Source: Torpedo marmorata (Eukaryota). Taken from it: a stretch of 64,000 nucleotides of DNA. The DNA lies in the NCBI GenBank assembly GCA_977017645.1, contig OZ360230.1:31558001-31622000 (forward strand), written 5' to 3'. Under the pieces are notes generated by a model. That model saw only the letters and a program-made list of their open reading frames with translations. It had not been told where the DNA came from and made no database searches. The translations under genes and the position numbers were made by a program. This document shows, one piece after another, positions 12,312 to 27,701 of this stretch (the stretch's first letter is position 1; each line of letters begins with the position of its first letter).

Positions 12312-12899
12312 ATGAGTTGCAAATGCTCTGTCCATGAAAAATTGAATTCATCCTCTGTTTATAAATAAAGTAACACAGATAAACTTGATTGAAATAAAAT
12401 TAGTAAGTGGAGGTTACAGGTGATGAGTGAATAGTTCATTGTCTTTTGTCTTGACACTTTCAAGAAAGATAATGAATAACTTGATTGAATTTCAGGATCG
12501 ATTCTGATCGTGAATTATCTTGAAAATCAATTGCATTCAAATGATCAACTCTTGCTCCAAGTATTCCGTTTTCAATCAATTTTGTCACAATTAATCCAGC
12601 TGCAAGCATTCCTATTGAATTTCTCACGTTGCAAATTATGCTGATGCAAATCAGTGTTTCACTTCCATCACTTTTGACTACTCATATTTCAACTCTTCCC
12701 ACTAAGACACAAGTACAGGTGATACAAGCACACTTGCTTCAAAGCCCAATTGTATAAATATGTCTATACACAGCTTTATAGAATATGGTGTTACCCAGAC
12801 ACTTCGATCATGTTTCAGTTGCTAAATTGTTTTGAGTTAATAATAGAGAAATAATCATTTCATGCAATAACTATATTGTGTATCCATGTTTCAATGCAG

Positions 12900-13073
12900 C
12901 TACAACAAACACTGCTACGACAAGTACACCCACTGCTCCAACTTCAACATCCACGACACCATTCACTTCGGAGACCATGAGCACAATAACAACATCGCAG
13001 AGCTCGACTCCTTCATCAACAAGTCAAACTACCACGTCTACAACAACTGATGTCAGTTCCACAACAGAAATTT
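12900..13073 (+). CDS. PTS exon D3
   Basis: As D1. Confidence 0.8.
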
Positions 13074-13150
13074 GTAAGTAGTAAACGCAATATCCATTAA
13101 CTATAGAGGATCACTCTCAGAAACCACATAAAGTAACACAGACCAACTGG

Positions 13151-14699
13151 CTCATCGGGCTGTGATGGCTCATCTCATCGGGCTGTTATGCTTCACTACC
13201 CGATGAGCTGAACAACTTCTATGCCCGCTTTGAGAAGAAGAACCAAACAGTGCCTACTAGAATCCCTGAAAAGGCTGAGGTCCCTGTGATATCTGTCTCT
13301 GAGGGCGACGTCAGAACATCATTCAAGAGGGTGAACCCTCGCAAGGCGTCAGGCCCTGACGGCGTACCTGGCAGTGTACTTAAAATCTGCGCCAACCAAC
13401 TAGCCGGAGTGTTCACGGACATTTTCAACCTCTCATTGCGGCAGTCAGAGGTTCCCACCTGCATCAAAAGGGAATCAATCATCCTAGTACCCAAGAAGAG
13501 TAGTGTGAGCTGCCTCAACGACTACCGCCCAGTAGCATTAACTTCTACTGTGATGAAATGCTTTGAGAGGCTGTTCATGGCCAGAAATAAAACATACCTA
13601 AGCAAAGATCTGGACCCACTGCAACTCGCCTATCGTCACAATCACTCCACAGCAGATGCAATATCGCTGGCTCTCCACTCAGCTCTGGATCACCTCGAAA
13701 ACAGCAATTCATACCTACGACTGCTCTTCATCGACTACAGCTCGGCGTTCAATACCATTATTCACTCAGTGCTGGTCAAGAAGCTACTAGCTCGAGGCCT
13801 CTGTACCTTTCTCTGCAACTGGATCCTTGACTTTCTCATCGGAAGATCACAGTCAGTACGAATTGGAAACAACATCTCCTCCTCACTAATTATCAACACA
13901 GGAGCACCCAAAGGATGCATGCTTAGCCCACTGCTCTACTCGTTATACAACCATGAATGTGTGACTAGGCACAATTCCAATGCCATCTACATGTTTGCCG
14001 ATGACACCACAGTTGTCGGCAGATTCACAAACGGCAATGAGGAAGCATACTGGAGGGAGACAGATCAGCTCATTGAATGGTGTAACGACAACAACCTTGC
14101 ATCATCAAAACCAAGGATATGATTGTGGACTTCAGGAGAAAGTCAGGGGAACACGACCCAATCCTCATTGAGGGCTGAGTAGTGGAGAGGGTCAAGAACT
14201 TCAAATTCCTGGGTGTCAACATCTCCGAGGATCTGTCCTGGAGCCTACACTTTGATGCAATCAGAAAGAAGGCTCGTCAGCGGCTATACTTTATGAGGTG
14301 TCTGAGGAGATTCAGTATGTCACCGAAGACTCTCGTAAACTTCTACAGGTGTACCGTGGAGAGCATTTTGGCTGGTTGCATCACTGCCTGGTATGAAGGT
14401 ACCAACTCTCAGGACAAGAGAAAACTGCAGAGGGTTGTTAACTCAGCCTTTGACATCACAGGCCCAAGACTTCACTCCATCGAGGACATCTCCATGAGGC
14501 GCTGTCTTAAAAAAGCAGCCTCCATCCACAAGGACCCCCACCACCCAGGCCATGCCCTCTTCACTCTGCTACCATCGGGAAAAAGGTACAGGAGCCTAAA
14601 AACGAGCACTCAACGGCACAAGGACAGCTTCTAACCCGCTGCCATCAGATTCCTGAATAATCAATGAACCAAAGACACTGCCTTACTTTTCGTGCACTA

Positions 14700-14751
<52 letters not shown>

Positions 14752-14866
14752 TTCTTTTATATAGTAATATCGTAAGATGGTTATAATGTGAATGCTTGCA
14801 CTATGATGCTACCGCAAAACACTGAATTTCATGACTTGTTCATGACAATAAATTCTGATTCTGATT
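13151..14866 (+). mobile_element. Rex1/Babar-type LINE fragment, copy 3
   Basis: ORFs 13250..14122 and 14182..14634. Confidence 0.88.
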
Positions 14867-14972
14867 CTGGTTTGACTCTCATGAGCAATTGAGACTGTGA
14901 ACCATTATGAAAGTCAAAAACTGGTAAATAGTCTACTATGGTTGTCACTGCCCGTTTTCTAACATACGTATC

Positions 14973-15856
14973 TGTTGTGTTGAGAAAGAGTATCTGGTTT
15001 GGTGGGTTCACAGAGAGACAATTCTGGACACAAGGGTTTGCAAATCACATGTAACTTTTATTAACACACAACAATTTATAGAAGATTGTGGGAAATCGTA
15101 ATGGGAATAAAACACACCCGCACACAATTTATAAAAGAGCTTGGCAAAATCGTAACGGGAATAAAACACACACGAGCACAATTTATAAAAGAGTGTGGGA
15201 AAATCGTAACGGGAATAAAATACACACACACACAATTTATAAAAGAGCATGGTAAAATCGTAACGGGAAACAAACAAAGTGGAGAACGTTAAAGAGTACA
15301 CAATTTCTAATTCACACAGGCAATGCAGACATTCACACACTATAAGCAGGGGTTCTACACACGTTCCCGGATCCCTGATCATTGGAAGGTGGCCCTAATA
15401 CACACTACACACAGGGGTGTACACATGCTCCCGGACCCCTGATCGTTGGGAGTGACGGATCAACTGTAAATATTGATCGATAGCAATTTGATCTATAGCA
15501 ACACTACGGCTCAGCTTCAGTGCAGTGCACACCTTACCTGCGACCCTTCCAAGCGACGTCCATAGTAGCGACCTGGTATGGAGCAGTATCCGGGGCTCAG
15601 AGCATGAGTGAGAGAGAGTGAAATGTTCGCTGTGCTGGCGCTAAATACAGTACTAATCTGTGTGTCTAGCCTATAGTGACACTGAGTGATTTGAATTAGC
15701 CAACAGAAAGGTGTGCACTAATTAGTGGCCGGTGTCCAACCTTGACTGACAGGTGATATGAATTCCGAATAAGTTCCATACGGGGAAGACACGTGACCAC
15801 TCGCAATACACACATTCCAGACAAGAAGGGAGGCCACATCTCCTCCACACACAACA
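14973..15856 (-). mobile_element. Solo LTR, copy 3
   Basis: Same ends and TSD. Confidence 0.8.
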
Positions 15857-16167
15857 GTATCACAACAAGTTCCTATGCAAATGTCCTGACGATCAACTCC
15901 AGTTGTACGCAATTTTCACGTATCTTCATATGTTTCCCCCACTCCAGTTTCAATGGTTCATACTACAACTACTATCACAGGTGAACCTGATTCTATCACT
16001 CTTGCTTCAAACACCCAACTTTAATAACATGTAAAGCCTTGATTACACAAGGCCTCGTCAACTTGGAACTTTCTGCTTTTAATCACGAGCATACATGTTG
16101 TGAGTTAACAACTAAGTCATTACATTTCACATGATATTCAATGCTCAATTTCTATGCTTAAATGCAG

Positions 16168-16338
16168 TGACAACCTCTCCAGCTACAACTACTCTCCCCA
16201 CTACAACTTCAATTTCGACGACACCAATCACTACGGAGACAACAAGCACAACAACCACACAGAGCTCCACTCCTCCAGGAACAACTGACACTACGACAAC
16301 TTCAACAACTGATGTCAGCTCCACATCAACAGGAATTT
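16168..16338 (+). CDS. PTS exon A4
   Basis: As A2. Confidence 0.8.
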
Positions 16339-16909
16339 GTAAGTTGCAAATACTCTGTCCATGAAAAATTGAATTCATCCTCTGTTAAAAAATAAAGTAA
16401 CACAGAAAACTTGATTGAAACAAAATTAGTCAGTGAAGGAAAAAGGTGCCGAGTAAATTGTACTTTGTCTTTTGTATTGTCACTTTCTCAAAAGAAAAAG
16501 GAACAACTTGATTGAATTTCAGGTTCGATTCTGTTTGTGAATCAACTTGAAAATCATTTGCGACCAAATGATCTACTCTAGCGCCATGTATTCCATTTTC
16601 AATCATTTTTGTCACAACTAATCCAGCTGCAAGCATTCCTATTGATCTTCTCTTGTTTCAAATAATGCTGATGCAAGTCGGAACATTTCAGTTCCGTCAC
16701 TTTTAAACTACACCCACTGTGAATACATTTGATGCAAGCACACTTGTTTGGAACCCCAAATGTATAAATATGTCTGAAGACATCTTTATAGAATGGGTTT
16801 TTGCCCAGACACTTCATCTGTGTATCAATTGCTAACTTGTTTTGAGTGAGTAAGAAAAAAAAAATCATTTCATGGATTATCAATCATGAGTAACTATGTT
16901 TCATTGCAG

Positions 16910-17083
16910 CTTCAACAACCCCTCCTACGACAACTACATCCCCTGCTACAACTTCAACATCCATGACACCATTCACTTCGGAGACACCGAGCACAACAAC
17001 ATCGCAGAGCTCCACTCCTCCCCCAACAAGTGAAACTACCATGTCTACAACAACTGATGTCAGTTCAACAACAACAGTAATTT
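16910..17083 (+). CDS. PTS exon B4
   Basis: As B1. Confidence 0.8.
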
Positions 17084-17553
17084 GTAAGTTGGTAACGCTA
17101 TGTCCATGAACAAAAGAGTATCACTCTCAGTAACTAAATAAATAACACAGATCAACTGGATTGACTGACATGAGCTATTGAGACTGTTAATTATTATCAA
17201 TGTCAGAAAATGCTAAATAGTCCACTCCGGTTATCACTGTCCCTTTTTCTATCATATGTGTCACAACTCGTTCCAATGCAAATGTCCTGAAGATTAACTA
17301 AAGTTGTACACAATTTTCATGTTTCCGCAATCCCGTTTCAAATACTCATATTACCGCTCCTATACAGGTGAGCATGATTCAGTCGCTCTAACCTCAAACA
17401 CACAACATTAATAACATGTAAAGCCTTGATTACATAAGGTACAGTCAACCTGGAAATTTGCACTCTGTATCACGAGCATACATGCTGTAAAATAACAACA
17501 AAATCATTTAATTTCATATGATATTCCAAGCTGAATATCTATGTTTAATGCAA

Positions 17554-17724
17554 TTATAACTTCTCCAGCTTCAACTACTCTCCCCACAACAATTTCATCA
17601 TCTACTGCACCAATCACTATGGAGAGAACGAGCACAACAACCACACAGAGCTCCGCTCCTCCAAGAACAACTGACACTCCGACATCTACAACAACTGATG
17701 TCAGTTCCACAACAACAGGAATTT
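17554..17724 (+). pseudogene. Exon-like copy C4
   Basis: GCAA / ATGAGT boundaries. Confidence 0.7.
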
Positions 17725-18312
17725 ATGAGTTGCAAATGCTCTGTCCATGAAAAATTGAATTCATCCTCTGTTTATAAATAAAGTAACACAGATAAACTTG
17801 ATTGAAATAAAATTAGTAAGTGGAGGTTACAGGTGATGAGTGAATAGTTCATTGTCTTTTGTCTTGACACTTTCAAGAAAGATAATGAATAACTTGATTG
17901 AATTTCAGGATCGATTCTGATCGTGAATTATCTTGAAAATCAATTGCATTCAAATGATCAACTCTTGCTCCAAGTATTCCGTTTTCAATCAATTTTGTCA
18001 CAATTAATCCAGCTGCAAGCATTCCTATTGAATTTCTCACGTTGCAAATTATGCTGATGAAAATCAGTGTTTCACTTCCATCACTTTTGACTACTCATAT
18101 TTCAACTCTTCCCACTAAGACACAAGTACAGGTGATACAAGCACACTTGCTTCAAAGCCCAATTGTATAAATATGTCTATACACAGCTTTATAGAATATG
18201 GTGTTACCCAGACACTTCGATCATGTTTCAGTTGCTAAATTGTTTTGAGTTAATAAGAGAGAAATAATCATTTCATGCAATAACTATATTGTGTATCCAT
18301 GTTTCAATGCAG

Positions 18313-18486
18313 CTACAACAAACACTGCTATGACAAGTACACCCACTGCTCCAACTTCAACATCCACGACACCATTCACTTCGGAGACCATGAGCACAAT
18401 AACAACATCGCAGAGCTCGACTCCTTCATCAACAAGTCAAACTACCACGTCTACAACAACTGATGTCAGTTCCACAACAGAAATTT
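18313..18486 (+). CDS. PTS exon D4
   Basis: As D1 (one T>M change). Confidence 0.8.
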
Positions 18487-18563
18487 GTAAGTAGTAAACG
18501 CAATATCCATTAACTATAGAGGATCACTCTCAGAAACCACATAAAGTAACACAGACCAACTGG

Positions 18564-20112
18564 CTCATCGGGCTGTGATGGCTCATCTCATCGGGCTGTT
18601 ATGCTTCACTACCCGATGAGCTGAACAACTTCTATGCCCGCTTTGAGAAGAAGAACCAAACAGTGCCTACTAGAATCCCTGAAAAGGCTGAGGTCCCTGT
18701 GATATCTGTCTCTGAGGGCGACGTCAGAACATCATTCAAGAGGGTGAACCCTCGCAAGGCGTCAGGCCCTGACGGCGTACCTGGCAGTGTACTTAAAATC
18801 TGCGCCAACCAACTAGCCGGAGTGTTCACGGACATTTTCAACCTCTCATTGCGGCAGTCAGAGGTTCCCACCTGCATCAAAAGGGAATCAATCATCCTAG
18901 TACCCAAGAAGAGTAGTGTGAGCTGCCTCAACGACTACCGCCCAGTAGCATTAACTTCTACTGTGATGAAATGCTTTGAGAGGCTGTTCATGGCCAGAAA
19001 TAAAACATACCTAAGCAAAGATCTGGACCCACTGCAACTCGCCTATCGTCACAATCACTCCACAGCAGATGCAATATCGCTGGCTCTCCACTCAGCTCTG
19101 GATCACCTCGAAAACAGCAATTCATACCTACGACTGCTCTTCATCGACTACAGCTCGGCGTTCAATACCATTATTCACTCAGTGCTGGTCAAGAAGCTAC
19201 TAGCTCGAGGCCTCTGTACCTTTCTCTGCAACTGGATCCTTGACTTTCTCATCGGAAGATCACAGTCAGTACGAATTGGAAACAACATCTCCTCCTCACT
19301 AATTATCAACACAGGAGCACCCAAAGGATGCATGCTTAGCCCACTGCTCTACTCGTTATACAACCATGAATGTGTGACTAGGCACAATTCCAATGCCATC
19401 TACATGTTTGCCGATGACACCACAGTTGTCGGCAGATTCACAAACGGCAATGAGGAAGCATACTGGAGGGAGACAGATCAGCTCATTGAATGGTGTAACG
19501 ACAACAACCTTGCATCATCAAAACCAAGGATATGATTGTGGACTTCAGGAGAAAGTCAGGGGAACACGACCCAATCCTCATTGAGGGCTGAGTAGTGGAG
19601 AGGGTCAAGAACTTCAAATTCCTGGGTGTCAACATCTCCGAGGATCTGTCCTGGAGCCTACACTTTGATGCAATCAGAAAGAAGGCTCGTCAGCGGCTAT
19701 ACTTTATGAGGTGTCTGAGGAGATTCAGTATGTCACCGAAGACTCTCGTAAACTTCTACAGGTGTACCGTGGAGAGCATTTTGGCTGGTTGCATCACTGC
19801 CTGGTATGAAGGTACCAACTCTCAGGACAAGAGAAAACTGCAGAGGGTTGTTAACTCAGCCTTTGACATCACAGGCCCAAGACTTCACTCCATCGAGGAC
19901 ATCTCCATGAGGCGCTGTCTTAAAAAAGCAGCCTCCATCCACAAGGACCCCCACCACCCAGGCCATGCCCTCTTCACTCTGCTACCATCGGGAAAAAGGT
20001 ACAGGAGCCTAAAAACGAGCACTCAACGGCACAAGGACAGCTTCTAACCCGCTGCCATCAGATTCCTGAATAATCAATGAACCAAAGACACTGCCTTACT
20101 TTTCGTGCACTA

Positions 20113-20164
<52 letters not shown>

Positions 20165-20280
20165 TTTCTTTTATATAGTAATATCGTAAGATGGTTATAA
20201 TGTGAATGCTTGCACTATGATGCTACCGCAAAACACTGAATTTCATGACTTGTTCATGACAATAAATTCTGATTCTGATT
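18564..20280 (+). mobile_element. Rex1/Babar-type LINE fragment, copy 4
   Basis: ORFs 18663..19535 and 19595..20047. Confidence 0.88.
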
Positions 20281-20386
20281 CTGGTTTGACTCTCATGAGC
20301 AATTGAGACTGTGAACCATTATGAAAGTCAAAAACTGGTAAATAGTCTACTATGGTTGTCACTGCCCGTTTTCTAACATACGTATC

Positions 20387-21270
20387 TGTTGTGTTGAGAA
20401 AGAGTATCTGGTTTGGTGGGTTCACAGAGAGACAATTCTGGACACAAGGGTTTGCAAATCACATGTAACTTTTATTAACACACAACAATTTATAGAAGAT
20501 TGTGGGAAATCGTAATGGGAATAAAACACACCCGCACACAATTTATAAAAGAGCTTGGCAAAATCGTAACGGGAATAAAACACACACGAGCACAATTTAT
20601 AAAAGAGTGTGGGAAAATCGTAACGGGAATAAAATACACACACACACAATTTATAAAAGAGCATGGTAAAATCGTAACGGGAAACAAACAAAGTGGAGAA
20701 CGTTAAAGAGTACACAATTTCTAATTCACACAGGCAATGCAGACATTCACACACTATAAGCAGGGGTTCTACACACGTTCCCGGATCCCTGATCATTGGA
20801 AGGTGGCCCTAATACACACTACACACAGGGGTGTACACATGCTCCCGGACCCCTGATCGTTGGGAGTGACGGATCAACTGTAAATATTGATCGATAGCAA
20901 TTTGATCTATAGCAACACTACGGCTCAGCTTCAGTGCAGTGCACACCTTACCTGCGACCCTTCCAAGCGACGTCCATAGTAGCGACCTGGTATGGAGCAG
21001 TATCCGGGGCTCAGAGCATGAGTGAGAGAGAGTGAAATGTTCGCTGTGCTGGCGCTAAATACAGTACTAATCTGTGTGTCTAGCCTATAGTGACACTGAG
21101 TGATTTGAATTAGCCAACAGAAAGGTGTGCACTAATTAGTGGCCGGTGTCCAACCTTGACTGACAGGTGATATGAATTCCGAATAAGTTCCATACGGGGA
21201 AGACACGTGACCACTCGCAATACACACATTCCAGACAAGAAGGGAGGCCACATCTCCTCCACACACAACA
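20387..21270 (-). mobile_element. Solo LTR, copy 4
   Basis: Same ends and TSD. Confidence 0.8.
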
Positions 21271-21581
21271 GTATCACAACAAGTTCCTATGCAAATGTCC
21301 TGACGATCAACTCCAGTTGTACGCAATTTTCACGTATCTTCATATGTTTCCCCCACTCCAGTTTCAATGGTTCATACTACAACTACTATCACAGGTGAAC
21401 CTGATTCTATCACTCTTGCTTCAAACACCCAACTTTAATAACATGTAAAGCCTTGATTACACAAGGCCTCGTCAACTTGGAACTTTCTGCTTTTAATCAC
21501 GAGCATACATGTTGTGAGTTAACAACTAAGTCATTACATTTCACATGATATTCAATGCTCAATTTCTATGCTTAAATGCAG

Positions 21582-21752
21582 TGACAACCTCTCCAGCTAC
21601 AACTACTCTCCCCACTACAACTTCAATTTCGACGACACCAATCACTACGGAGACAACAAGCACAACAACCACACAGAGCTCCACTCCTCCAGGAACAACT
21701 GACACTACGACAACTTCAACAACTGATGTCAGCTCCACATCAACAGGAATTT
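21582..21752 (+). CDS. PTS exon A5
   Basis: As A2. Confidence 0.8.
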
Positions 21753-22323
21753 GTAAGTTGCAAATACTCTGTCCATGAAAAATTGAATTCATCCTCTGTT
21801 AAAAAATAAAGTAACACAGAAAACTTGATTGAAACAAAATTAGTCAGTGAAGGAAAAAGGTGCCGAGTAAATTGTACTTTGTCTTTTGTATTGTCACTTT
21901 CTCAAAAGAAAAAGGAACAACTTGATTGAATTTCAGGTTCGATTCTGTTTGTGAATCAACTTGAAAATCATTTGCGACCAAATGATCTACTCTAGCGCCA
22001 TGTATTCCATTTTCAATCATTTTTGTCACAACTAATCCAGCTGCAAGCATTCCTATTGATCTTCTCTTGTTTCAAATAATGCTGATGCAAGTCGGAACAT
22101 TTCAGTTCCGTCACTTTTAAACTACACCCACTGTGAATACATTTGATGCAAGCACACTTGTTTGGAACCCCAAATGTATAAATATGTCTGAAGACATCTT
22201 TATAGAATGGGTTTTTGCCCAGACACTTCATCTGTGTATCAATTGCTAACTTGTTTTGAGTGAGTAAGAAAAAAAAAATCATTTCATGGATTATCAATCA
22301 TGAGTAACTATGTTTCATTGCAG

Positions 22324-22497
22324 CTTCAACAACCCCTCCTACGACAACTACATCCCCTGCTACAACTTCAACATCCATGACACCATTCACTTCGGAGACA
22401 CCGAGCACAACAACATCGCAGAGCTCCACTCCTCCCCCAACAAGTGAAACTACCATGTCTACAACAACTGATGTCAGTTCAACAACAACAGTAATTT
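22324..22497 (+). CDS. PTS exon B5
   Basis: As B1. Confidence 0.8.
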
Positions 22498-22967
22498 GTA
22501 AGTTGGTAACGCTATGTCCATGAACAAAAGAGTATCACTCTCAGTAACTAAATAAATAACACAGATCAACTGGATTGACTGACATGAGCTATTGAGACTG
22601 TTAATTATTATCAATGTCAGAAAATGCTAAATAGTCCACTCCGGTTATCACTGTCCCTTTTTCTATCATATGTGTCACAACTCGTTCCAATGCAAATGTC
22701 CTGAAGATTAACTAAAGTTGTACACAATTTTCATGTTTCCGCAATCCCGTTTCAAATACTCATATTACCGCTCCTATACAGGTGAGCATGATTCAGTCGC
22801 TCTAACCTCAAACACACAACATTAATAACATGTAAAGCCTTGATTACATAAGGTACAGTCAACCTGGAAATTTGCACTCTGTATCACGAGCATACATGCT
22901 GTAAAATAACAACAAAATCATTTAATTTCATATGATATTCCAAGCTGAATATCTATGTTTAATGCAA

Positions 22968-23138
22968 TTATAACTTCTCCAGCTTCAACTACTCTCCCCA
23001 CAACAATTTCATCATCTACTGCACCAATCACTATGGAGAGAACGAGCACAACAACCACACAGAGCTCCGCTCCTCCAAGAACAACTGACACTCCGACATC
23101 TACAACAACTGATGTCAGTTCCACAACAACAGGAATTT
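22968..23138 (+). pseudogene. Exon-like copy C5
   Basis: GCAA / ATGAGT boundaries. Confidence 0.7.
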
Positions 23139-23726
23139 ATGAGTTGCAAATGCTCTGTCCATGAAAAATTGAATTCATCCTCTGTTTATAAATAAAGTAA
23201 CACAGATAAACTTGATTGAAATAAAATTAGTAAGTGGAGGTTACAGGTGATGAGTGAATAGTTCATTGTCTTTTGTCTTGACACTTTCAAGAAAGATAAT
23301 GAATAACTTGATTGAATTTCAGGATCGATTCTGATCGTGAATTATCTTGAAAATCAATTGCATTCAAATGATCAACTCTTGCTCCAAGTATTCCGTTTTC
23401 AATCAATTTTGTCACAATTAATCCAGCTGCAAGCATTCCTATTGAATTTCTCACGTTGCAAATTATGCTGATGAAAATCAGTGTTTCACTTCCATCACTT
23501 TTGACTACTCATATTTCAACTCTTCCCACTAAGACACAAGTACAGGTGATACAAGCACACTTGCTTCAAAGCCCAATTGTATAAATATGTCTATACACAG
23601 CTTTATAGAATATGGTGTTACCCAGACACTTCGATCATGTTTCAGTTGCTAAATTGTTTTGAGTTAATAAGAGAGAAATAATCATTTCATGCAATAACTA
23701 TATTGTGTATCCATGTTTCAATGCAG

Positions 23727-23900
23727 CTACAACAAACACTGCTACGACAAGTACACCCACTGCTCCAACTTCAACATCCACGACACCATTCACTTCGGAG
23801 ACCATGAGCACAATAACAACATCGCAGAGCTCGACTCCTTCATCAACAAGTCAAACTACCACGTCTACAACAACTGATGTCAGTTCCACAACAGAAATTT
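23727..23900 (+). CDS. PTS exon D5
   Basis: As D1. Confidence 0.8.
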
Positions 23901-23977
23901 GTAAGTAGTAAACGCAATATCCATTAACTATAGAGGATCACTCTCAGAAAGCATATAAAGTAACACAGACCAACTGG

Positions 23978-25658
23978 CTCATCGGGCTGTGATGGCTCAG
24001 CTCATCAGGCTGTTATGCTTCACTACCCGATGAGCTGAACAACTTCTATGCCCGCTTTGAGAAGAAGAACCAAACAGTGCCTACTAGAATCCCTGAAAAG
24101 GCTGAGGTCCCTGTGATATCTGTCTCTGAGGGCGACGTCAGAACATCATTCAAGAGGGTGAACCCTCGCAAGGCGTCAGGCCCTGACGGCGTACCTGGCA
24201 TGGTACTGAAAATCTGCGCCACCCAACTAGCCGTTGTGTTCGCGGACATTTTCAACCTCTCATTGCGGCAGTCAGAGGTTCCCACCTGCTTCAAAAGGGC
24301 ATCAATCATCCTTGTTCCCAAGAAGAGTAATGTGAGCTGCCTCAACGACTACCTCCCAGTAACATTAACTTCTACTGTGATGAAATGCTTTGAGAGGCTG
24401 TTCATGGCCAGAAATAAAACATACCTAAACAAAGATCTGGACCCACTGCAACTCGCCTATCGTCACAATCACTCCACAGCAGATGCAATATCGCTGGCTC
24501 TCCACTCAGCTCTGGATCACCTCGAAAACAGCAATTCATACCTACGACTGCTCTTCATCGACTACAGCTCGGCGTTCAATACCATTATTCACTCAGTGCT
24601 GGTCAAGAAGCTACTAGCTCGAGGCCTCTGTACCTTTCTCTGCAACTGGATCCTTGACTTTCTCATCGGAAGATCACAGTCAGTACGAATTGGAAACAAC
24701 ATCTCCTCCTCACTGATTATCAACACAGGAGCACCCAAAGGATGCATGCTTAGCCCACTGCTCTACTCGTTATACAACCATGAATGTGTGACTAGGCACA
24801 ATTCCAATGCCATCTACATGTTTGCCGATGACACCACAGTTGTCGGCAGATTCACAAACGGCAATGAGGAAGCATACTGGAGGGAGACAGATCAGCTCAT
24901 TGAATGGTGTAACGACAACAACCTTGCATCATCAAAACCAAGGATATGATTGTGGACTTCAGGAGAAAGTCAGGGGAACACGACCCAATCCTCATTGAGG
25001 GTTGAGTAGTGGAGAGGGTCAAGAACTTCAAATTCCTGGGTGTCAACATCTCCGAGGATCTGTCCTGGAGCCTACACTTTGATGCAATCAGAAAGAAGGC
25101 TCGTCAGCGGCTATACTTTATGAGGTGTCTGAGGAGATTCAGTATGTCACCGAAGACTCTCGTAAACTTCTACAGGTGTACCGTGGAGAGCATTTTGGCT
25201 GGTTGCATCACTGCCTGGTATGAAGGTGCCAACTCTCAGGACAAGAGAAAACTGCAGAGGGTTGTTAACTCAGCCTTTGACATCACAGGCCCAAGACTTC
25301 ACTCCATCGAGGACATCTCCATGAGGCGCTGTCTTAAAAAAGCAGCCTCCATCCACAAGGACCCCCACCACCCAGGCCATGCCCTCTTCACTCTGCTACC
25401 ATCGGGAAAAAGGTACAGGAGCCTAAAAACGAGCACTCAACGGCACAAGGACAGCTTCTAACCCGCTGCCATCAGATTCCTGAATAATCAATGAACCAAA
25501 GACTGCCTTACTTTTCGTGCACTATTATTTATATATATATATTTTCTTTTATATAGTAATATCGTAAGATAGTTATAATGTGAATGCTTGCACTATGATG
25601 CTACCGCAAAACACTGAATTTCATGACTTGTTCATGACAATAAATTCTGATTCTGATT
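23978..25658 (+). mobile_element. Rex1/Babar-type LINE fragment, copy 5
   Basis: ORFs 24077..24949 and 25009..25461. Confidence 0.88.
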
Positions 25659-25764
25659 CTGGTTTGACTCTCATGAGCAATTGAGACTGTGAACCATTAT
25701 GAAAGTCAAAAACTGGTAAATAGTCTACTATGGTTGTCACTGCCCGTTTTCTAACATACGTATC

Positions 25765-26648
25765 TGTTGTGTTGAGAAAGAGTATCTGGTTTGGTGGGTT
25801 CACAGAGAGACAATTCTGGACACAAGGGTTTGCAAATCACATGTAACTTTTATTAACACACAACAATTTATAGAAGATTGTGGGAAATCGTAATGGGAAT
25901 AAAACACACCCGCACACAATTTATAAAAGAGCTTGGCAAAATCGTAACGGGAATAAAACACACACGAGCACAATTTATAAAAGAGTGTGGGAAAATCGTA
26001 ACGGGAATAAAACACACACACACACAATTTATAAAAGAGCATGGTAAAATCGTAACGGGAAACAAACAAAGTGGAGAACGTTAAAGAGTACACAATTTCT
26101 AATTCACACAGGCAATGCAGACATTCACACACTATAAGCAGGGGTTCTACACACGTTCCCGGATCCCTGATCATTGGAAGGTGGCCCTAATACACACTAC
26201 ACACAGGGGTGTACACATGCTCCCGGACCCCTGATCGTTGGGAGTGACGGATCAACTGTACATATTGATCGATAGCAATTTGATCTATAGCAACACTACG
26301 GCTCAGCTTCAGTGCAGTGCACACCTTACCTGCGACCCTTCCAAGCGACGTCCATAGTAGCGACCTGGTATGGAGCAGTATCCGGGGCTCAGAGCATGAG
26401 TGAGAGAGAGTGAAATGTTCGCTGTGCTGGCGCTAAATACAGTACTAATCTGTGTGTCTAGCCTATAGTGACGCTGAGTGATTTGAATTAGCCAACAGAA
26501 AGGTGTGCACTAATTAGTGGCCGGTGTCCAACCTTGACTGACAGGTGATATGAATTCCGAATAAGTTCCATACGGGGAAGACACGTGACCACTCGCAATA
26601 CACACATTCCAGACAAGAAGGGAGGCCACATCTCCTCCACACACAACA
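25765..26648 (-). mobile_element. Solo LTR, copy 5
   Basis: Same ends and TSD. Confidence 0.8.
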
Positions 26649-26959
26649 GTATCACAACAAGTTCCTATGCAAATGTCCTGACGATCAACTCCAGTTGTAC
26701 GCAATTTTCACGTATCTTCATATGTTTCCCCCACTCCAGTTTCAATGGTTCATACTACAACTACTATCACAGGTGAACCTGATTCTATCACTCTTGCTTC
26801 AAACACCCAACTTTAATAACATGTAAAGCCTTGATTACACAAGGCCTCGTCAACTTGGAACTTTCTGCTTTTAATCACGAGCATACATGTTGTGAGTTAA
26901 CAACTAAGTCATTACATTTCACATGATATTCAATGCTCAATTTCTATGCTTAAATGCAG

Positions 26960-27130
26960 TGACAACCTCTCCAGCTACAACTACTCTCCCCACTACAACT
27001 TCAATTTCGACGACACCAATCACTACGGAGACAACAAGCACAACAACCACACAGAGCTCCACTCCTCCAGGAACAACTGACACTACGACAACTTCAACAA
27101 CTGATGTCAGCTCCACATCAACAGGAATTT
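26960..27130 (+). CDS. PTS exon A6
   Basis: As A2. Confidence 0.8.
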
Positions 27131-27701
27131 GTAAGTTGCAAATACTCTGTCCATGAAAAATTGAATTCATCCTCTGTTAAAAAATAAAGTAACACAGAAA
27201 ACTTGATTGAAACAAAATTAGTCAATGAAGGAAAAAGGTGCCGAGTAAATTGTACTTTGTCTTTTGTATTGTCACTTTCTCAAAAGAAAAAGGAACAACT
27301 TGATTGAATTTCAGGTTCGATTCTGTTTGTGAATCAACTTGAAAATCATTTGCGACCAAATGATCTACTCTAGCGCCATGTATTCCATTTTCAATCATTT
27401 TTGTCACAACTAATCCAGCTGCAAGCATTCCTATTGATCTTCTCTTGTTTCAAATAATGCTGATGCAAGTCGGAACATTTCAGTTCCGTCACTTTTAAAC
27501 TACACCCACTGTGAATACATCTGATGCAAGCACACTTGTTTGGAACCCCAAATGTATAAATATGTCTGAAGACATCTTTATAGAATGGGTTTTTGCCCAG
27601 ACACTTCATCTGTGTATCAATTGCTAACTTGTTTTGAGTGAGTAAGAAAAAAAAAATCATTTCATGGATTATCAATCATGAGTAACTATGTTTCATTGCA
27701 G